A DNA stretch of 64,000 nt from Synechococcus sp. GTDB lineage: Bacteria; Cyanobacteriota; Cyanobacteriia; Thermostichales; PCC-7336. Below the pieces are notes generated by a model that did not search any database, was not told the origin of the DNA, and saw only the letters and a list, made by a program, of their open reading frames with translations. Made by a program: the position numbers and the translations under genes. The DNA lies in the NCBI GenBank assembly GCA_051439605.1, contig JBFRWN010000047.1, forward strand, positions 1-64,000. The letters are read 5' to 3'. Of this stretch, positions 8,993 to 19,912 are shown one piece after another (position 1 is the stretch's first letter; every line of letters begins with the position of its first letter).

Positions 8993-10351
8993 TTATAAAG
9001 AGCAACCTTCTGTTGCACTGTCCGATTGAATTAGCCCATCTTTGGGACTGCTAAGTGCCTTCCATAACACTGCTGCCCGAACCAACATCGACATGGATAG
9101 CCCTAGCCAGAGGGCATGGGGTTCCTGCAACTGCACTGCGATCGCGGCAAAGGGGAGAAAGCCGACACAAGTTCCCAAAATCGTCGAACGACGCAGCATT
9201 GCGCCAGCCGTCAATCCCAGAAAATAGCCATCCAGCGTAAACGCTAAAGCCCCAAATCCCAGCACCGGGAGGAGCCAAGGCACGTACTTCAGCGCCAGAT
9301 TGATGGTCTCCCCCTTGTCCGTAAGAATCCCGAGCAACGGCATCGGAAACAGCATAAACGCGACCGAAATCATCACCCCCGCCACCTGATTGGCCACCAT
9401 TGACAACCGCAGCAGCGATCGCAAGCTGTCCCCATTTCCCTGACCATCAAATATCCCCGCCAAACTCTCGGTGGCAAAGGCGAAGCCATCGGTGAAAAAC
9501 ACCCCCAGCACAAACACCTGCAACAGCAGCGCATTAGCCGCCAGGATAGACGTGCCCATCATTGAACCAATATTGGTGAACAGGGCAAACGTCGTCATCA
9601 GGGCAAACGTCCGCACTAATAGATCGGCATTCAGTTGAAACGCTTTGGCAAACGCCGATCGCTGCAACAGGCTAGAAGGGGCGAGCCGCCAGCGGATGCA
9701 GCGCAGGTGAGGGAATGCAAATGCCAGCCCCACCCCCACCATCACGTATTGACTCAGAGTGGTAGCCAGGCCTGCCCCAAAGGCCCCCCAGCCCAATTGG
9801 GTAATGAAGTAATAATTCAACAGCACGTTGGTGCCATTGCCCACAATCGTCACCACCAAGACGCGATCGCTGCGCTCTCGACCCAAGAACCAACCCATCA
9901 ACACAAAGTTCATCAGGCTGGGCACAGCCCCCCATACGCGGCTGTCAAAATAGGCTCTCCCCACCTGCTCCACACCCACTTCCCCCTGGAGCAGCCAAAA
10001 TCCCAGTTCCCGCACGGGCACCTGCAGCAGACAAATGGCACAACCCACCGCGATCGCAATCGCTCCATTGCGCACCCCCACCAGCAATACTTCGCGCCGA
10101 TCGCCTCGCCCCACCGCTTGGGCAGTCAAGCCTGTGGTGGCCATGCGAAGAAAGCCGAAGGACCAATAGAGATAGTCAAACAGGACGCTGGCCAACGCCA
10201 CGCCCGCCAAGTGTTTTACATCTGCTAGATGCCCCAAAAAGGCAATATCCACGATGCCCGCCAGCGGTGTAGTGATATTGGAAACAATATTGATGCTGGC
10301 TAGCCGGAAAAAGCGAGATGCCAGAGGAGAAGGTGCGCGGGACATAGCCAC
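8993..10351 (-). CDS. MATE family efflux transporter (DinF-like)
   Basis: NITTPLAGIVDIAFLGHL, FGFLRMATTGLTAQA, DGFAFATESLAG; about 12 TM helices. Confidence 0.92.
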   Translation of the reverse strand: MAMSRAPSPLASRFFRLASINIVSNITTPLAGIVDIAFLGHLADVKHLAGVALASVLFDYLYWSFGFLRMATTGLTAQAVGRGDRREVLLVGVRNGAIAIAVGCAICLLQVPVRELGFWLLQGEVGVEQVGRAYFDSRVWGAVPSLMNFVLMGWFLGRERSDRVLVVTIVGNGTNVLLNYYFITQLGWGAFGAGLATTLSQYVMVGVGLAFAFPHLRCIRWRLAPSSLLQRSAFAKAFQLNADLLVRTFALMTTFALFTNIGSMMGTSILAANALLLQVFVLGVFFTDGFAFATESLAGIFDGQGNGDSLRSLLRLSMVANQVAGVMISVAFMLFPMPLLGILTDKGETINLALKYVPWLLPVLGFGALAFTLDGYFLGLTAGAMLRRSTILGTCVGFLPFAAIAVQLQEPHALWLGLSMSMLVRAAVLWKALSSPKDGLIQSDSATEGCSL

Positions 10352-10527
10352 AGGGAGAGTTCTTAAGGCGTAAAGATGAATCTCTAGCTTCGCAAGCGAT
10401 CGCCCTGACTGCCATCAACAGCATTGAACGAACGAATGAGCACAATCGATACAACCGTCTTGGATCAAACCGAGTGGGAACCGCTCTCTGTAGAAGCGTT
10501 CGACTGCTGCCACGAGAACGTGATTGG

Positions 10528-11067
10528 CTAGCGCGGGCAGGAATGCTGACTCCAAAACTCCCCTGCCAACTCGGTGGTGCGTTCTGGAATCCAAGCGTCG
10601 GTAGGCAATACATAGGAATGACACGGGCTGAAACACAAGATCGTGCGGGCAGATTCCACTACAGTTTCCAGGCGTACTGGGTTTGCATAGCCCCCCAATA
10701 GGTAAGTGTCGTAATTGGGGCTGTCAGGATCGCAAAAATGGGTCATACGGTATACCTCCCCCAAACGGTTGCTACTAAATCGGGCAGAGGCAATCGCCGG
10801 GTCGTCAACATCCCATTCGATCGAGTCCATATCGATGTAGTGACGGTAGCTATCCGAACCGGAGGCGAAAAATTCCCAATCCTCTGCCCGTGCATCTGGG
10901 GCGATCGCGCCACTCATCAGCCCCACAAGAAACACCATTAGCAAGTACCAGCCATAGGACACACTGTTCGCCTTCCCGTGACACCCGAGACCAGCTTTTT
11001 CGCCCCCTTCACCCATGAACGACAGCAGTTTTTCTCGTATTGGCCATCCCACCACAGCAGACCTCAT
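10528..11067 (-). CDS. Hypothetical secreted protein
   Basis: Hydrophobic signal-like segment ending in ARA followed by EDWEFFASG; true start uncertain (probably internal). Confidence 0.5.
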   Translation of the reverse strand: MRSAVVGWPIREKLLSFMGEGGEKAGLGCHGKANSVSYGWYLLMVFLVGLMSGAIAPDARAEDWEFFASGSDSYRHYIDMDSIEWDVDDPAIASARFSSNRLGEVYRMTHFCDPDSPNYDTYLLGGYANPVRLETVVESARTILCFSPCHSYVLPTDAWIPERTTELAGEFWSQHSCPR

Positions 11068-11248
11068 GCCTCTCTCGACAGTTGCAGGCTTCGCCTCACA
11101 ATTTATATTGTGTCGGGATTTAGCGTGTCGAGCGATTCGCTGACAGTTATTTTGAGCCCAGCGATTTCAGGTGGAGGAGTATCGATCGAAAGGATATGGG
11201 GACCGCACTTCTGTAGATTAGAGGAGGTAACCAGAACGCAGGAATGGA

Positions 11249-12451
11249 GTGACAAGGAGAGTGGTGAATTGGCAGCAGACCGCAACCGTACGATCTAGCG
11301 ATCTGTCCTGGCCCTTCTGGCCGATTGTGCCTATCTATCCCTACGGCAAGCGGCGCACACTTTGCCAAGAAGTCATTGCCGGTCGCATCTGGACCTTCGA
11401 TCAACTGCAAGGCATCTTTTACGTCGTGGTGCCCATCCGTATGACGGTGGTGCGACTGGATGCTGGCGGTCTGTTGGTCTACGCCCCCGTCGCCCCTACC
11501 AAAGAATGCTTGGGTCTTTTGCAAGAGCTGATCGATCGCCACGGCGACGTCAAATACGTCGTACTGCCCACCGTCTCGGGAGTCGAGCACAAGGTGTTCG
11601 CCGCCCCCTTTGCCCGGAAATTTCCCAAGGCTCAGGTTTACGTCGCCCCCCATCAATGGAGCTATCCCCTCGATTTGCCCCTCAGTTGGCTGGGCTTCCC
11701 CAGCAAGCGCACCCATCTGCTGCCAGAGAATAGCAATGAGGCTCCCTTCTCAGACGAGTTCGATTACGCCACCCTCGGCCCCATCAGTTTAGGGCTAGGC
11801 CCCTTCGAGGAGACGGTGATGTTTCACAAAGCTTCCCGCACGCTGCTGGTCACCGACACCATTGTCTCTATCCCTGCCCAACCCCCTGCCATCCTGCAAC
11901 TAGACCCCTTCCCGCTGCTCTTCCACGCCCGCGATCGCGCTCCCGAGCTTGTGGAGGACACCCCCGAAAATCGCCGCAAAGGGTGGGAACGGATTGCGCT
12001 GTTTTCCTTCTATTTCCGCCCTGCAGCCCTCCAGACCCTGAAAGTGGGAGAGTGCCTGCGAACTGCCATCAAAGCCGCCGATCGCTCGGCCAAGAATTAC
12101 TTTGGCCTCCTGCCTTGGCAATGGCGAGAGGACTGGCGGCGATCGTTCGAGGCGTTGCGGGGGGAGGGTCGCCTGTTCGTGGCTCCCATTTTGCAGCGGT
12201 TGATTCTGAACCGCGATGCTCAATTGACGTTGGATTGGGCCGACAGAGTAGCTGAATGGAATTTCGAGCGCATTATCCCTTGCCATCTAGATTCCCCCAT
12301 TCAAGCGAGCCCTAGCGACTTTCGTCAGGCATTTGAGTTTTTGTCAGAGGGCACCTCTGGCAGTCACCGCCTGCCAGAAGAAGATTTTGGCTTGCTCCAA
12401 GACTTGGATGAAACCCTGAGCAAACGCGGGATTACTCCCCCCAGAGGCTGA
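11249..12451 (+). CDS. DUF4336 domain protein (metallo-beta-lactamase-like fold)
   Basis: WPFWPIVPIYPYGKRRT, IRMTVVRL, SGVEHK, TLLVTD, IIPCH; GAGGAGG upstream. Confidence 0.85.
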   Translation: MTRRVVNWQQTATVRSSDLSWPFWPIVPIYPYGKRRTLCQEVIAGRIWTFDQLQGIFYVVVPIRMTVVRLDAGGLLVYAPVAPTKECLGLLQELIDRHGDVKYVVLPTVSGVEHKVFAAPFARKFPKAQVYVAPHQWSYPLDLPLSWLGFPSKRTHLLPENSNEAPFSDEFDYATLGPISLGLGPFEETVMFHKASRTLLVTDTIVSIPAQPPAILQLDPFPLLFHARDRAPELVEDTPENRRKGWERIALFSFYFRPAALQTLKVGECLRTAIKAADRSAKNYFGLLPWQWREDWRRSFEALRGEGRLFVAPILQRLILNRDAQLTLDWADRVAEWNFERIIPCHLDSPIQASPSDFRQAFEFLSEGTSGSHRLPEEDFGLLQDLDETLSKRGITPPRG

Positions 12452-12569
12452 TGCCCATTCTTATCTCACCCTGGAGCTTCGTTAGAGTTTTTAAACTGCC
12501 AGCTTGAGTCCCCCGTAGGCAGTCCGGCAATGATTGTGAATAATTGAAGAAAGTGACAGGGTTACGGAT

Positions 12570-12995
12570 GTGTTAGGTGTGAAATGTCGCTGGATGGGAT
12601 GCTTGTTGGCTGCAGGTATCGCTCAGATATGCTGGTTAGCTACGCCTGCGAGCGGTCAAACCACCATCGAGCGATCGCGGGATATTGAGGTCAATACTGA
12701 CGCCAGTCAACCTGAATTTGAAGGTAGCTCTATCGGAGAAGATACCGCAAATGCTGAAGGGGCGGCCTCCACTGACGACTCGGCCTCTGGCCAAACCATT
12801 GAATTTTCGCAACAGGACAGTACTCCTAGTACTCCTCCCCCTGCTGCCCCCCCTCAAGCCCAAGCCCGCAGCGAGGGGGCATTAGAGCGCTATCACATTC
12901 GTCAAAACATCTGCACGGGCGACTGGAGCTGGTCAGAAATCAACTCCCTCTTCCCCAATGTCAGCGTAGAGATGGTGCGCGAAGTCTGTCGGTAG
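12570..12995 (+). CDS. Hypothetical secreted low-complexity protein
   Basis: Signal peptide (..ATPASG-Q), acidic/Pro-rich linker, C-terminal Cys pair. Confidence 0.55.
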   Translation: MLGVKCRWMGCLLAAGIAQICWLATPASGQTTIERSRDIEVNTDASQPEFEGSSIGEDTANAEGAASTDDSASGQTIEFSQQDSTPSTPPPAAPPQAQARSEGALERYHIRQNICTGDWSWSEINSLFPNVSVEMVREVCR

Positions 12996-13066
12996 AGGTG
13001 TTTGCTAGTCTCTGGTCCCCTTTCAGTAGTGTCTCTGGCCCACAATGAATGGCTACGATCTACCCC

Positions 13067-13555
13067 TTAGCCTGACCTCTTATCCCCCCCAACCAACCCA
13101 AACTCCTGTAGCGCGGGATAAAAATTCTTATTTTCGTGACTGGGCCGACTGAGCTTGATGAGCGCGAATCGCTGCAGGCGATCGAGGTCAGCCCACTGAG
13201 ACGGTTGCAAAACAAACGCAAATTCCTTCGCTTTCTCCTGTACGTTATCGGGGATCGCATCTGGATTTTCCCACTCCGGTGACTGGGGAATGGGTAGCAG
13301 CTTGGGTTCTGAACCGTAGCGCTCGCGCACGAGAGCCAGAAGGCGATCGCGATACTGCGACACTTCCGCCTCCGTCTCGCAGGGCATCTCGACCAGCTGC
13401 TGCCGTTCTGATTCCTCTAGGGCGTGCCAATGCACCAGCTTCAACTTCACCCCGCAGGTATCCAAATTCAAACGTACCCGCATGGGGATGCAGCGCCAGG
13501 ACTCGATAAAGTCGGCTTCAAACTGAAAGTGGAGACGGGAATCAGATGATGTCAT
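13067..13555 (-). CDS. narM: Nitrate reductase-associated protein NarM
   Basis: FQFEADF...RCIPMRVRLNLDTCGVKLKL...LQRFALIKLSRPSHENKNF; directly downstream of narB. Confidence 0.9.
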   Translation of the reverse strand: MTSSDSRLHFQFEADFIESWRCIPMRVRLNLDTCGVKLKLVHWHALEESERQQLVEMPCETEAEVSQYRDRLLALVRERYGSEPKLLPIPQSPEWENPDAIPDNVQEKAKEFAFVLQPSQWADLDRLQRFALIKLSRPSHENKNFYPALQEFGLVGGDKRSG

Positions 13556-13671
13556 TCAAAGCAGATCGATCGGAGGGGACTCATGAGTGGGAAGTTATCG
13601 ACGCAGCAAGCTAGGACAAAGGGGACGTCTCGAGATAGGGTCTGAGCAACGTCCAAAACTATTCAACGCTA

Positions 13672-15903
13672 TCAACTTTTGACCAGCTGCAGCATCTCTA
13701 CCTTGGCCTGGGGCACGCGGGTCAAATCTGTATTCTGAGGTTGTTGACTCACTGGCACCACCTTGACCGCACAGGCTTTTAGCTCTGGCTGGAGAGAAAT
13801 CGGACAGACTTCAGGATGAGTCAGGGCATTAGCCTCGGCGTTATCCGCCCACAGCTCCCCCCAATGCATGGGGACAAAGACCGTCCCGGGGGCGATCGCT
13901 TGTGTCACCTTAGCCAGGAATCGGGCTTTCCCTCGCTTCGAGAGAATCTCCACCCATTGCCCGTCTTCAATTCCATATTTCTTGGCATCCTTGGGATGAA
14001 TCTCCAGGCAAGGATGGGGGTTCTTTTTCGCGATCTTGGCAATGTGGCCGGTGCGGGACATGGTGTGCCAATGCTCGTACAAGCGTCCCACCGTCAGGAC
14101 GAGGGGATAGTCGGTGTCGGGAACTTCTGCCAACCCCTTGGCATGAAACGCCCCAAACCTGGCCCGACCGTCGGGGGTATTAAAACTTAGGTCGGTATAG
14201 AGCCGCTTGGGGGCTTCTTGGCGATTGGGTACCAACGGGTCGGTGGGATAGCCAGGGCAGGGCCATTGGGTGGGTCCTTCGATGGCAAGACGACGGTGGC
14301 TGAGGCGGGTCATATCGCAGGGGCGACCTTTGGTGGTGCGCAAAAATTCTGCATAGACAGCTGCCGAATCCACAAAGTCAAACTCAGCGGTAAACCCTAA
14401 CCGCCGTCCTACTTCTGCAAAAATCTCCCAGTCCGCTTTTGCTTCGCCTGGGGGCTTGCGGAAGGCGGGACAGTAGGTCACCATGCGCTCGGAGTTGGTC
14501 ATGACCCCTGCTTTTTCTCCAAACTGAGCCGCCGGAAGGACAACATGGGCGTACTTTGCGGTCTCCGTTGGGTAGTAGGCATCCTGAACAATCGTGAACG
14601 GAGATTGTCTGAGGGCTGCTTTTGTACGCACCAAGTCAGGCATGCTGACGGCGGGGTTGGTGGCCGCAACCCACATGACCCCAACGGTACCCCGCTCTAG
14701 ACCGCGAATCATATCCCAAGCGGCCAATCCCGGCTTGGGGGAAATCCGGCCAGCGGGTACCTTCCACAGCTGTTCCAGCTCCGCCCGATGTTGGGGACTT
14801 TTAACCACCCGATAACCAGGCAGAATGTGGGCCAGCCCTCCAGCTTCGCGACCCCCCATCGCGTTGGGTTGACCGGTCAACGAGAAGGGGCCCGCCCCCG
14901 GACGACCGATATTGCCGGTCATCAGGTGCAGATTAATAATCGTGCGACACTTGGCCGTTCCCTCTGTGGACTGGTTAATCCCCATTGACCACAGAGACAG
15001 TACCCTTTCAGACTCCCCCCACCAGCGGGCAGCCTTTTCTAGATCGTCCATGCGAATCCCGCACTCGCGGGCCACCAACTCGGGGGGATAGTGCTCGATA
15101 ACTTCGGCAAATTTAGCAAACCCACTGGTGCATTCATCAATCAGAACGGTGTCGAGGTAGCCCCAGCGCATCAATAAATGAGCGATGCCATTGAGCAAAT
15201 GCAGGTCGGTGCCTGGGCGAATAGCTAGGTGCAGGTCTGCCGCTTCGGCAGTGGCAGTACGGCGGGGATCCACCACAATCATCTTTACCTTGCGGTTTTT
15301 CTTGTGGTGCTTGCGCAAGCGGTTAAAGACGATGGGGTGGCAATCAGCGGTGTTAGTACCGATGAGAAAGGCGCAATCAGTCTTATCAAGGTCGTCGTAG
15401 CAGGTGGGTGGACCGTCCGATCCCAGACTTTGGATATAGCCAGCCACCGCAGAGGACATGCAGAGGCGGGAGTTAGCATCGAAATTATTGGTGCCCAGGC
15501 AGCCCTTCAATAACTTTTGGGCGGTGTAGTAGTCTTCTGTCTGGAATTGGCCAGAGCCGTACATGCAAATCCCCTCTGGGCCGTAAGTTCCCAATGCAGA
15601 GCGGATCTCGGAGGCAATGCGATCGAACGCTTCATCCCAACTGGCCTGACGGAAGGGTTCATCTAGGTTGTCGCGCACCATGGGATGCCGCAGACGATTT
15701 TTGTCGAGGGCTTCAGCAATGGTTGCCCCCTTGATGCAGACCTGCCCCTTACTGGATGGATGGGTGCGATCGCCCCTCACCCTCCAGATGGGGTTACCCT
15801 CTGCGTCCCGATTCGTTGGCTTTCCTGCCACTGCGGGAGGGGACACTTCCAATCCACACCCAACACCACAATAGGGACACAAAGTTTTGGTCATTTCAGT
15901 CAT
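13672..15903 (-). CDS. narB: Ferredoxin-dependent assimilatory nitrate reductase (Mo-bisPGD, [4Fe-4S])
   Basis: CPYCGVGCG...C cluster motif, [24 protein letters not shown]-terminal [12 protein letters not shown] 15903 or 15894 likely. Confidence 0.96.
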   Translation of the reverse strand: MTEMTKTLCPYCGVGCGLEVSPPAVAGKPTNRDAEGNPIWRVRGDRTHPSSKGQVCIKGATIAEALDKNRLRHPMVRDNLDEPFRQASWDEAFDRIASEIRSALGTYGPEGICMYGSGQFQTEDYYTAQKLLKGCLGTNNFDANSRLCMSSAVAGYIQSLGSDGPPTCYDDLDKTDCAFLIGTNTADCHPIVFNRLRKHHKKNRKVKMIVVDPRRTATAEAADLHLAIRPGTDLHLLNGIAHLLMRWGYLDTVLIDECTSGFAKFAEVIEHYPPELVARECGIRMDDLEKAARWWGESERVLSLWSMGINQSTEGTAKCRTIINLHLMTGNIGRPGAGPFSLTGQPNAMGGREAGGLAHILPGYRVVKSPQHRAELEQLWKVPAGRISPKPGLAAWDMIRGLERGTVGVMWVAATNPAVSMPDLVRTKAALRQSPFTIVQDAYYPTETAKYAHVVLPAAQFGEKAGVMTNSERMVTYCPAFRKPPGEAKADWEIFAEVGRRLGFTAEFDFVDSAAVYAEFLRTTKGRPCDMTRLSHRRLAIEGPTQWPCPGYPTDPLVPNRQEAPKRLYTDLSFNTPDGRARFGAFHAKGLAEVPDTDYPLVLTVGRLYEHWHTMSRTGHIAKIAKKNPHPCLEIHPKDAKKYGIEDGQWVEILSKRGKARFLAKVTQAIAPGTVFVPMHWGELWADNAEANALTHPEVCPISLQPELKACAVKVVPVSQQPQNTDLTRVPQAKVEMLQLVKS

Positions 15904-16263
15904 GCAGTCGCTCTCCTGGCTGGTAGTACTCCCGTTCAATGCTGGGGAGACAGCTTTTACGAAATAGAAATATAGGCTTGCAAACCCATGCTGCTAAAAC
16001 ACTGCAGTTGAGAAACCAGTGGGGCAAGCCAAGCGTAAAACATCTAGTGGGAAGAAAAATTCGAACATCTTGAAATTGACAATCTAGAGCTATCGGACTG
16101 TCGCTTCATAAAAATTTTCTGATGAGATGAGAATTCTGTAAATTGTTGGTTCTAAGAATTCGTTACTTTAGAAGACTAAGATTATCGGTCCATCAAGTCC
16201 AAAATTGTTCAGAGATTACCAAATGACAAATGAGAGATCGATCTCAATCGCTGATATCTATTT

Positions 16264-16300
16264 AAAAAAGTTGCTGGGGCAAGCGATCGCCCACAGCAAC
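16264..16300 (-). terminator. Intrinsic terminator-like hairpin downstream of nrtP
   Basis: Minus strand GTTGCTGTGGGC-GATCGCTT-GCCCCAGCAAC followed by TTTTTT, 35 nt after the nrtP stop. Confidence 0.7.
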
Positions 16301-16335
16301 CTATTTCAATGACAATCTGACAGGCTCCTAACGAT

Positions 16336-17868
16336 TTATCCAGCCTCAGTCAGTGCTTTCAGGTCGTCCTCTTCGCCTTCGTGGAACTCGGCAAAGGAAC
16401 CCTTGGGTTCTTTTAGGAACAGACCGCAGAGTACAGAAACTACGAGTCCAGCAATTCCCAACATGTAGAAGAAGGTTTGGAAAGAACCCGCAATAGCTTC
16501 GCCCTTGGGTAGCAAGGTCCAGGTGGTGAGGTAGACAACAGCGCCCACGTTACCGTAAGCCCCAACATTACCAGCCACCTGACCGGTGACGCGACGCTTG
16601 ATCAAAGGCACGATCGCAAAGGTTGACCCTTCACCCGCCTGTACGAAGAAGGAACAAGCCATAGTGACAATTACTGCCAGGATCAGCAAGCTACCCCCGG
16701 TCAAGGAACCCATGATCAAGTAGCCGATTCCCATGCCAGCGGTTAGAACCGCCATCGTCCACTTGCGGCTGCCCACAGAGTCGGAGATCAAGCCTCCACC
16801 TGGGCGAGACATCAAGTTCATAAACGCGTAGCTGGATGCAATCACACCAGCCCAGAAGGGGGTCAGGCCAAAGATCTGCTGGAAAAAGACGGGCAGTACA
16901 GTCACCACCGCTAGTTCGGAACCGAAGTTCACGATATAAGTCAGTTCAAGAATGGCCACTTGGCTGAAGCTGTAGCGATCGTCGCTGGGATAGTGTTTGG
17001 TGCCCACCATCAGCTCTCTGTTGGCATTCCAAGCGTTAAAAGATTGGAACAGGTAAATCGCTCCCAAGATGGCCCAAATGACGTACATAGTACCTTGGCC
17101 AAATAGTTCAGCCCTCATCAAGCGCCAAGCTAACAGACACATTACCCCAGTCAAGGGCAAGTTCATGAGCAGCAGAAAGTAGAAATCGCCTCTGCTGGTC
17201 ACTTCCATTCCGCCGTGCTTTTCGGGTTGTTGGTAAGTCTTGCCATCAGGGGTGTCCTGAACGTTGAAGAAGTAGAACGCACCGTACAGAGCAGCAAAAA
17301 TACCGGTAAAGGCGATCGCCGCTCTCCAGTGCAGGATATTACCCGTGGCCGAATACTCGTGGCCACCTGGTAGGAAGCTGAAGAATCCAGCAACTGCAAC
17401 CAAGCTCAAGGCAGCCGCCGCAGAACCGAAGTTCCCCCAACCTCCGTAGATCCCTTCTGCTAAGCCAATCTCTTTGGGTGGGAACCATTCAGCCACCATG
17501 CGAATCCCGATCACAAAACCGGCACCGACAATCCCCAGTAACAGTCGGCTCGCCACCAGCATTTCAAAACTGTTAGCGGAGGCGAACATAATGCATGGGA
17601 TAGCTGCATAAATTAGCAGTACCGAATAGGTGAGGCGGGGACCGTATCGATCGAGCAGCATCCCGATGATGATGCGGGCGGGAACGGTTAAGGCAATGTT
17701 ACACAGGCCAATCACGCCCCGTTGGGCATCGGTGAGCCCCAACTCTTCCTGAATCGTCGTTGCAAGAGGAGCGTAGTTAAACCACACAACGAACGATAGG
17801 AAGAAGGCAAACCAGGTTAAATGCAAGACCTTGTATCGGCCCCGCAACTGAAATAACTCCGTTAGCAT
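16336..17868 (-). CDS. nrtP: MFS nitrate/nitrite permease NrtP (NarK/NRT2 family)
   Basis: LHLTWFAFFLSFVVWF, nitrate signature AEGIYGGWGNFG, VNFGSELAV, RPGGGLISD, VGAYGNVG; lies between nirA and narB. Confidence 0.95.
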   Translation of the reverse strand: MLTELFQLRGRYKVLHLTWFAFFLSFVVWFNYAPLATTIQEELGLTDAQRGVIGLCNIALTVPARIIIGMLLDRYGPRLTYSVLLIYAAIPCIMFASANSFEMLVASRLLLGIVGAGFVIGIRMVAEWFPPKEIGLAEGIYGGWGNFGSAAAALSLVAVAGFFSFLPGGHEYSATGNILHWRAAIAFTGIFAALYGAFYFFNVQDTPDGKTYQQPEKHGGMEVTSRGDFYFLLLMNLPLTGVMCLLAWRLMRAELFGQGTMYVIWAILGAIYLFQSFNAWNANRELMVGTKHYPSDDRYSFSQVAILELTYIVNFGSELAVVTVLPVFFQQIFGLTPFWAGVIASSYAFMNLMSRPGGGLISDSVGSRKWTMAVLTAGMGIGYLIMGSLTGGSLLILAVIVTMACSFFVQAGEGSTFAIVPLIKRRVTGQVAGNVGAYGNVGAVVYLTTWTLLPKGEAIAGSFQTFFYMLGIAGLVVSVLCGLFLKEPKGSFAEFHEGEEDDLKALTEAG

Positions 17869-17992
17869 CTGATACCTTCACTTTGCAATACACATGTCAG
17901 GCAAATTCGATTTGGGTACAAGCCAAGGGACCAGTCCCATCTAGAATATGGGGTCTGAAGCAGAGGTCCGATAAGGACATCCGCAAGGCAAG

Positions 17993-19549
17993 CTATACAG
18001 CCCCCGCACCAGCAGGAGTCGCACCGAATTGCTCGATCAAAATTGACCGCAAGACGTCTTTTAGCTCGTCGCAAGGCACTCCTTTCTGGACCTTGGTGCC
18101 CAGCTGAGCATCTTTGCCCACCTTTCCTCCCATAAAGATGTCCACCGCTTCTACGGTTTTGCCATCTTTACGGGCTTTGGTGCCCATCAGACCAATCTCC
18201 CCCACCTGCGCCTGACCGCAGGAGTTGGGGCATCCCGTCCAGTGAATTCGGACAGAACGAGGCAGGTTGAGTTCCGCCTCGAGATCTTTTGCAAGCGCTA
18301 GGGCACGCTGTTTGGTTTCCACTAGCGCAAAATTGCAAAACTGTGCTCCCGTACAAGACACCAGCGATCGCGTTAACGTAGCGGGGGCGATCGTAAATGT
18401 TTCCAGCAGGGGCTCGCTCAAAAACGCCTCCAGCTTGGTGTCGGGAATGTCGGGAATAATAACGTTCTGTTCGACAGTGAGCCGCACCTCGCCGCTACCG
18501 TAGACGCTACTGAGGCGAGCTAAGTCGAACATTTCTGAAGCCTGCAGGCGACCCACGGGCACGTGCAGCCCCACAAAATTGAATCCCTCTTGAAGTTGGG
18601 GATGGACGCCGATGTGATCGCGCTTTTCCCAATCAATCAGGTCTTCCTTTGCCGCTGTCGGGAGGTCACCCCCCCTCTGCTCCATCACCTTGGTGCGAAA
18701 AGTTTCTAACCCCCATTCGTCAATCAGCCACATGAGCCGAGATTTCTGGCGATTGCTCCGGGGGCCGTTGTCTCGATAAACCTCCAAGATGGCCCTGCAA
18801 AGGGGAACAACTTCATCGGCAGTAGGGTGCACCCAAACATTGAGCGGGATTGCGGCCTCGCAGCGGCGAGCGGAGAAGAATCCCCCCACCAATACGTTGA
18901 AGCCAAGTTCCCCATCTTTTTCAGCCGGGACAAAAGCAATGTCGTTGATTTCGGCGTGGACGGCGTTGTCGCGGCCCCCTTCAATCGCAATGTTGAACTT
19001 GCGAGGCAGGTTGGTGAAGTCGTAATTGCCTTCCCCAGAGTTGGTAATCATGTCCTGCACCGCCTGCACCAGCGGACGGGTGTCGATTAGCTCGTTGCCG
19101 TCGATGCCCGCCACCGGAGAGCCGGTGATGTTGCGAACATTGTCCATCCCTGATTGGATGCTGGTCAGACCGACTGCCTTGAGGCGGCTGAAGATCTCCG
19201 GAATGTCCTCAATGCGGATGCCTCGCAGCTGCAAGTTTTGACGGGTGGTGATGTCTGCGCTGCCATCATCACCGTACCGTTGCACCACTTCAGCTAGCAT
19301 TTCTAGCTGCTCGTGGGTCAGGACTCCGTTAGGCAGTCGCAAGCGCAGCATGAATTTGCCTGGAGTAACCGGTCGAAAAAATACCCCCAACCATTTCAAC
19401 CGCTGCTCGCGATCGGTCGCATCCATCGCTTCCCAACCAATTTTGGCAAACGCTTCAAGCTCGTCCTTAACGGCAAGGCCATCTTTCTCGGCCTTATATT
19501 TTTCAAACTTGTTGAGCTTGGGTTGTGAGGTGTCTACTGCTTGAGCCAC
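17993..19549 (-). CDS. nirA: Ferredoxin--nitrite reductase
   Basis: LNKFEKYK, TTRQNLQLRG, LPRKFNIA, siroheme/FeS ligands CTGAQFC and TGCPNSCG. GTG 19549 with GAGG upstream is preferred over the ORF start 19732, which lies upstream of the promoter. Confidence 0.96.
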   Translation of the reverse strand: MAQAVDTSQPKLNKFEKYKAEKDGLAVKDELEAFAKIGWEAMDATDREQRLKWLGVFFRPVTPGKFMLRLRLPNGVLTHEQLEMLAEVVQRYGDDGSADITTRQNLQLRGIRIEDIPEIFSRLKAVGLTSIQSGMDNVRNITGSPVAGIDGNELIDTRPLVQAVQDMITNSGEGNYDFTNLPRKFNIAIEGGRDNAVHAEINDIAFVPAEKDGELGFNVLVGGFFSARRCEAAIPLNVWVHPTADEVVPLCRAILEVYRDNGPRSNRQKSRLMWLIDEWGLETFRTKVMEQRGGDLPTAAKEDLIDWEKRDHIGVHPQLQEGFNFVGLHVPVGRLQASEMFDLARLSSVYGSGEVRLTVEQNVIIPDIPDTKLEAFLSEPLLETFTIAPATLTRSLVSCTGAQFCNFALVETKQRALALAKDLEAELNLPRSVRIHWTGCPNSCGQAQVGEIGLMGTKARKDGKTVEAVDIFMGGKVGKDAQLGTKVQKGVPCDELKDVLRSILIEQFGATPAGAGAV

Positions 19550-19676
19550 TTGCTGCCTCAGAAATCGTCGACGAGTACGTCTAGCCAATCTCCTCAGAAC
19601 GCTTGAGAAATGTGAGGTAGGCAGAAAAGCAAGCCTTCCTGCCAAATACCGCACATCGGAAGATTGAATTACGCAT

Positions 19677-19718
19677 ACGTTAGGGTCGGGTTTCGTCATC
19701 GTTTGTAGCCCCTGACAC
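19677..19718 (-). promoter_or_regulatory. NtcA-activated (class II) promoter of nirA
   Basis: Minus strand GTG-TCAGGGGC-TAC (19718-19705), exactly 22 nt, then TAACGT (19682-19677). Matches GTAN8TAC-N22-TAN3T with one mismatch. Confidence 0.8.
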
Positions 19719-19742
19719 CAAATTAGGGACACTCAGCAAAGA

Positions 19743-19761
19743 TTGCATAATTAAAATGCAA
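19743..19761. promoter_or_regulatory. Palindromic operator, candidate NtcB (LysR-type) site
   Basis: TTGCAT-AATTAAA-ATGCAA inverted repeat about 40 bp upstream of the NtcA box centre. Confidence 0.45.
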
Positions 19762-19912
19762 ATAACGAATTTTGCTCTGTTATCAATATAGGGGGGAGTG
19801 GGAAGGTTGCGAGTGTTGAGGATTTAACGGTTTATCTGTTGGACTCAAGTTCGTTCTGAAGTCGTTAAGCCACTGTTCGGTCGAGCTCACTGACACGGAG
19901 TTTATAGGTATT

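Noticed and set aside
19550..19732. 61-aa N-terminal extension of NirA given by the ORF track
   Set aside because: It spans the NtcA box and -10 element; GTG 19549 has an SD-like GAGG and gives a typical NirA length
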